This document shows positions 27,151 through 37,142 of a DNA stretch of 37,142 nt, piece by piece (position 1 is the stretch's first letter; each line of letters starts with the position of its first letter). This DNA is from Eledone cirrhosa. Taxonomy: Eukaryota. A model generated the notes under the pieces. That model was given only the letters and a program-made list of their open reading frames with translations. It was not told where the DNA came from and searched no databases. Position numbers and translations under genes: made by a program. The stretch covers positions 1 to 37,142 of the forward strand of contig CAXHJY010001502.1 of the NCBI GenBank assembly GCA_964016885.1, given 5' to 3'.

Positions 27151-28147
27151 TTAATTAGGTTTATAATATTTAAATGTTTTTCTTAGTTTATGATTACACG
27201 ATATAATTAATTCCTGTCGTTTATTTAATAGGATATCCTTAGATTTCATTATTTCAAATAGTTCTTGGGAACATAATCTACATTCATTTCTATTATTTTG
27301 ATAAGGGGTGGCTCTTTTGAGCACACTCCAGGTCATATCATATTCTATATTCTTATTTTTATAACTATTGATTTTTTTCTGCTAGAGATGTTGTATTAGC
27401 CAGTGCGGCATTTTTAAAACTATGTTTGTGGGTATTAAACCTTGCCTTAACATTGTTAGAAGTAGCTCCTATATATGAACAAATAGAATCTTTAGTTTTA
27501 ACATTACATTTATAAACTATGTTGTTAACAAGACAATTTCCTTTTAATGGGCAGTTTGCTTTGTTTCTACAGTTACAACCTTTCGTTAATTCTGTATTTG
27601 AGGAGATATTATGGTTAGTTTGATGTATTGGTGGTATACTTATGGTATTCTTACATTTATATGCATTATAGGCACTTATATTTTGTTTTATGTTATTTGT
27701 TGTTGAGTATGAGAATTTAACTGTAGACCTATTTAAGATTTGATGGTATTTGTGGTTTGGCGGGAAGTTTTTCTCCAGGATATAAAAAAATTTTTTAGCA
27801 ATATTATCCTTAATTTGTAAATTAAATGGAGCATTATACCAAGTAACCCGTCTATTACGGTTTCTATGTTGTTTATTATTTTTATAGGTTGTATCGTGAT
27901 CTTTACTAGAAGGATTAATGTTAATGATCTCACCACGCACATTTTTAGTTAGATTTGTAGATTTAGGTGTTTTATCTTGTTTATTAGGAGTTTTATTATT
28001 AACATTTATTAGAGTTGTATGATGAGTAGTTTTTTGAGAGTTACTATACTTTATATTAGAAGAGTTGTTGGATTTTGGGGTATAGTGTGGGTGGCATTTA
28101 GGTGTGTACTTTTCATTTGGTGTTTGTTGGTAATATTAGGTTGTATG
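27151..28147 (-). pseudogene. Linker plus GIY-YIG fragment of the family B ORF (RT core absent)
   Basis: ORFs 27365-27940 and 27151-27336 are near-identical to the corresponding parts of 14068-15070. Confidence 0.9.
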
Positions 28148-28475
28148 TTTATAAATAGGCAGCTTGCTGACACCGCTAAATACTGACCTACTAGGAGGAT
28201 TAATGTTAATGATCTCACCACGCACATTTTTAGTTAGATTTGTAGATTTAGGTGTTTTATCTTGTTTATTAGGAGTTTTATTATTAACATTTATTAGAGT
28301 TGTATGATGAGTAGTTTTTTGAGAGTTACTATACTTTATATTAGAAGAGTTGTTGGTATTTTGGGGTATAGTGTGTGTGGCATTTAGGTGTGTACTTTTC
28401 ATTTGGTGTGTGTTGGTAATATTAGGTTGTACATTTATAAATAGGCAGCTTGATGACACCGCTAAATACTGACCT
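27905..28475 (+). repeat. ~285-bp tandem duplication spanning the inversion junction (27905-28189 / 28190-28475)
   Basis: ACTAG.AGGATTAATG...AATATTAGGTTGTA..TTTATAAATAGGCAGCTTG.TGACACCGCTAAATACTGACCT occurs twice. Confidence 0.9.
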
Positions 28476-28956
28476 CTCCCCCCCACCTACTTTCTGTATC
28501 TGGATCTAAATATGTGTGGCAGTGTTTATGTGCGCGCATTAATGTCCATATGCTTATGATAATAGTATATACACACATATATATATGTGTGTGGGGGTGT
28601 GTGTGTGTATGTATGTTCGTGGTTGTGTGTATGTTTATGCGTATACGCGCGTGTGTGTGTGAATGTACGTTTATGTGTGAGTATATGAATGTGTGTGTAT
28701 ATTTGTATTTATACGTATTTTATCTGTAGATTATAAACATACAGAGACATTAGCCTTGAAATTTTCTATTTACATACATCTTTTTGGCATGCGTATGCAT
28801 GTGAACATATATCTTTATGCATATCTGTGAACGAAGTTAATTACATATATACACACACCTAACTGTATAAACTTTTTGTATTTTCATTGGTCAATTTGAA
28901 CTCTGTTCCCAAACAGACCTGTAATTTTGAATTGTTGTTATTATCAATAAATATAT

Positions 28957-29110
28957 TTCATTATTTCTGAAGACGGCATATATATGTGTTGGTATGTATA
29001 TTTAATTTTGATAGTTTGTATAATTTTGTATAATTTTGTACATAGATCTGTTGAATATGCATGCCAATTCTAACACATATATATCCTAGAAACGATCGTT
29101 AAATAATTAA
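28957..29110 (+). ncRNA. Long-stem II hammerhead, family B (one stem I mismatch)
   Basis: Same motif; the 3' stem I strand reads AAATAATTAA. Confidence 0.72.
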
Positions 29111-29171
29111 CTTTTTTTTGTTTAATATAAGGAACTGTTTCATTGTTTTATTCATTATTTTTTTAATATTT

Positions 29172-29174
<3 letters not shown>

Positions 29175-29210
<36 letters not shown>

Positions 29211-29219
29211 GTATATATG

Positions 29220-29273
<54 letters not shown>

Positions 29274-29455
29274 TGTATATATATGTATATATATGTATAT
29301 ATATATATATGTATATATATGTATATATATATATATGTATATATATGTATATATATATATATATGTATATGTATGTATATATATATGTATATATATGTAT
29401 ATATATGTATATATATGTATATGTATATATATGTATATATATGTATATATATATG

Positions 29456-29508
<53 letters not shown>

Positions 29509-29911
29509 GTATATATATATATATGTATATATATGTATATATATATGTATATATATATATGTATATATATGTATATATATATATGTACATATATGTATAT
29601 ATATGTATATATATATGTATATATATGTATATATATATATGTATATATATGTGTATATGTATATATATGTATATATGTATATGTGTATATATATATATAT
29701 GTATGTATATGTGTATATGTATATATATATATGTGTATATATGTATATATATATATATATGTATATATATATGTATATATATGTATATATATATGTATAT
29801 ATATATATATGTATATATATAAGTATATATATGTATATATATATATATGTATATATATATGTATATATATGTATATATATATGTATATATATATATATGT
29901 ATATATATATG

Positions 29912-29970
<59 letters not shown>

Positions 29971-30195
29971 GTATATATATATGTATATATATATATATGT
30001 ATATATATATATGTATATATATATATGTATATATATATGTATATATATATATGTATATATATATATATGTATATATATATATGTATATATATATGTATAT
30101 ATATATATGTATTATGTATATATATGTATATGTATATTATTTATGTATATGTATATATATATATATGTATATGTATATTTATATATATGTATATG

Positions 30196-30229
<34 letters not shown>

Positions 30230-30250
30230 TGTATATGTATATGTATATAT

Positions 30251-30296
<46 letters not shown>

Positions 30297-30300
30297 GTAT

Positions 30301-30345
<45 letters not shown>

Positions 30346-30361
30346 TATATGTATATGTATG

Positions 30362-30401
<40 letters not shown>

Positions 30402-30627
30402 TGTATATGTATGTATGTATATATGTATATATGTATATATATATATGTATATATATATGTATATGTATGTATGTATATATGTATATGTATATATGTATAT
30501 ATATATATATGTATATATATATGTATATGTATATGTATATATGTATATATATATATGTATATATATATGTATATATATATGTATATATATATATGTATAT
30601 ATATGTATATATATGTATATATATATG

Positions 30628-30672
<45 letters not shown>

Positions 30673-31051
30673 GTATATATAGATGTATATATATGTATAT
30701 ATATGTATATATGTATATATATATATGTATATATATATGTATATATCTATATGTATATATATATGTATATATATATATATGTATATATATGTATATATAT
30801 ATATATGTATATATATATGTATATATATATATATGTATATGTATGTATATATATGTATATATATGAATATATATATATGTATATGTATATATATGTATAT
30901 ATATATATATATGTATATGTATATATATATGTATATGTATATATATATGTATATGTATATGTATATATATATATGTATATATATGTATATATATATATGT
31001 ATATATATGTATATATATATATATATGTATATGTATATTTGTATATATATG

Positions 31052-31083
<32 letters not shown>

Positions 31084-31178
31084 TATGTATATGTATATTT
31101 GTATATATATGTATATATATATATGTATATTTATATATATATATATATGTATATGTATATTTGTATATATATGTATAT

Positions 31179-31210
<32 letters not shown>

Positions 31211-31387
31211 GTATATATATGTATATGTATATATATGTATATGTATATATATGTATATGTATATATATGTATATGTATATATATGTATATGTATATATAT
31301 GTATATGTATATATACATATATGTACATATATGTATATATATATATATGTATATATATGTATATACATATATATGTATATATATATG

Positions 31388-31423
<36 letters not shown>

Positions 31424-31571
31424 TGTATATATATGTATATACATATATATGTATATATATATATGTATATATATGTATATACATATATATGTATATATAT
31501 ATGTATATATATATATATATATGTATATATATGTATATAAATATATATGTATATATATGTATATATATATG

Positions 31572-31606
<35 letters not shown>

Positions 31607-32337
31607 GTATATATATGTATATGTATATATATGTACATATATATATATATATGTATATATATGTATATGTATATATGTATATATGTATATATATGTATAT
31701 ATATATGTATATATATATGTATATATATATGTATATATATATGTATATATATATGTATATATATATGTATATATATATGTATGTATATATATATGTCTAT
31801 GTATATATGTATATATGTATATATATGTATATATATATGTATATGTATATATGTATATATGTATATATATGTATATATATATGTATATATATATGTATAT
31901 ATATATATATGTATATGTATATATATGTATATATATATATGTATATATATGTATATATATGTATATATATATATGTATATATATGTATATATATGTATAT
32001 ATATATATGTATATATATGTATATATATATGTATATATGTATATATATATGTATATATGTATATATATGTATATATATATATGTATATATATGTATTTAT
32101 ATATATGTATATATATGTATATATATATGTGTATATATGTATATATATGTATATGTTTATATGTATATATATGTATATATGTATATATATTTATATATGT
32201 ATATATATTTATATATGTATATATATGTATATATGTATATATATATTAATATGTATATATATATGTATATATATGTATGTATATATATATGTATATATAT
32301 ATATGTATATGTATGTATATATGTATATATATATATG

Positions 32338-32404
<67 letters not shown>

Positions 32405-32870
32405 GTATATATATATATATGTATATATGTATATATATATATATGTATATATGTATATATATATATATATGTATATATGTATATATATATATATGTATAT
32501 ATGTATATAATATATATATATATGTATATATATATATATGTATATATATATATGTATATATATATATATGTATATATATATATGTATATATATATATGTA
32601 TATATATATGTATATATATATATGTATATATATATATGTATATATATATATGTATATATATATATGTATATATATATATATGTATATATATATATGTATA
32701 TATATATATGTATATGTATATGTATATATATATATGTATATATATATATGTATATATATATATATGTATATATATATATGTATATATATATATATGTATA
32801 TATATATATGTATATATATATATGTATATGTATATATATATATGTATATGTATATATGTATATGTATATA
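29175..32870 (+). repeat. (TA)nTG compound microsatellite
   Basis: Direct reading. Confidence 0.97.
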
Positions 32871-33439
32871 AAAACAAATAACGAAACGAAATTAAATTTC
32901 GTTTCGCTTCTAACTCACTTTTGTATGACTGACGCTTAAACAATTAAGTTAAAGTGTACATCTACATATGTATACGGAAGTATTAGTATGCATATAAATA
33001 CACACATGTATACATATCTACATGTACTCAGCTTTTCACTAGACACTTTACAGTGAGTGTCAGCTAGTCTGTATGTAACCACACAGACGGACCGGGTTTT
33101 AGAGTCATACGGGTTTTCAAGGAAACACATTTCCTCTATTCTCCAGAGGGCCAGACAGGAATATTGGACTAGTTTCGATGTTATTACATCTCATCAGCAA
33201 TATTTACCCATCTTCCGGCTTCTATGGAGAATTGTAAAAGCACATATCGTTATATGCTTTTTCTATGAAAATTAGTAGTGGGTAGACTAATTTGCATAGA
33301 ACGTAAAGTGTCTAGTGAAAAGCTGAGTACATGTACCTAGTGAAAAGCTGAGTACATGTACATATGTATACATGTGTGTATTTATATGCATACTAATACT
33401 TCCGTATACATATGTAGATGTACACTTTAACTTAATTGT
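32871..33439 (-). mobile_element. Non-coding hammerhead-containing element (family C): tail 32871-32939, inverted repeats 32940-33051 / 33303-33439
   Basis: 112-bp inverted repeat (the right copy has a 25-bp internal tandem duplication at 33312-33361), canonical HHR inside, flanked by (TA)nTG. Confidence 0.82.
33160..33204 (-). ncRNA. Canonical minimal type I hammerhead ribozyme
   Basis: AATATTG-CTGATGA-GATGT-aata-ACATC-GAAA-CTAG-TC-CAATATT: 7-bp stem I, 5-bp stem II, palindromic stem III, GUC cleavage site. Confidence 0.95.

Positions 33440-37142
<3,703 letters not shown>

Noticed and set aside
32940-33439. DNA-transposon MITE interpretation of the inverted repeats
   Set aside because: The one-sided tail and internal hammerhead match the PLE-type insertions in this window better; a TA TSD cannot be assessed inside (TA)n.

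Overview
AT-rich, eukaryote-like (probably invertebrate; host not identifiable from sequence) repeat region with no supportable host gene. Roughly half of it is a strand-asymmetric compound microsatellite, irregular (TA)nTG on the + strand, which accounts for almost all predicted 'YIYIYM' ORFs. Inserted into it is a cluster of Penelope-like retroelements (PLEs) with the RT plus C-terminal GIY-YIG layout and motifs of the Naiad group. Family A has a decayed copy (2055-4968) and a nested solo inverted pLTR (24677-25106). Family B has a ~12.8 kb palindromic head-to-head copy with two long RT ORFs (9901-22670) and a truncated, rearranged copy (22918-29174). There is also a non-coding hammerhead element (family C, 32871-33439), a possible fourth family (5193-6092) and a short RTE-like LINE 3' end (8362-8595). 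Eight type I hammerhead ribozyme (HHR) motifs from three families can be folded by eye, four of them with an unusual ~115-nt stem II, plus one weak candidate. The five A, B and C insertions share one architecture and one polarity: an antisense arm with an extra hairpin-bearing 'tail' on the left, and a sense arm on the right that stops exactly where the tail would begin. This reads as a graded series of twin-primed insertions. All calls were made by eye, with no database search or folding software.
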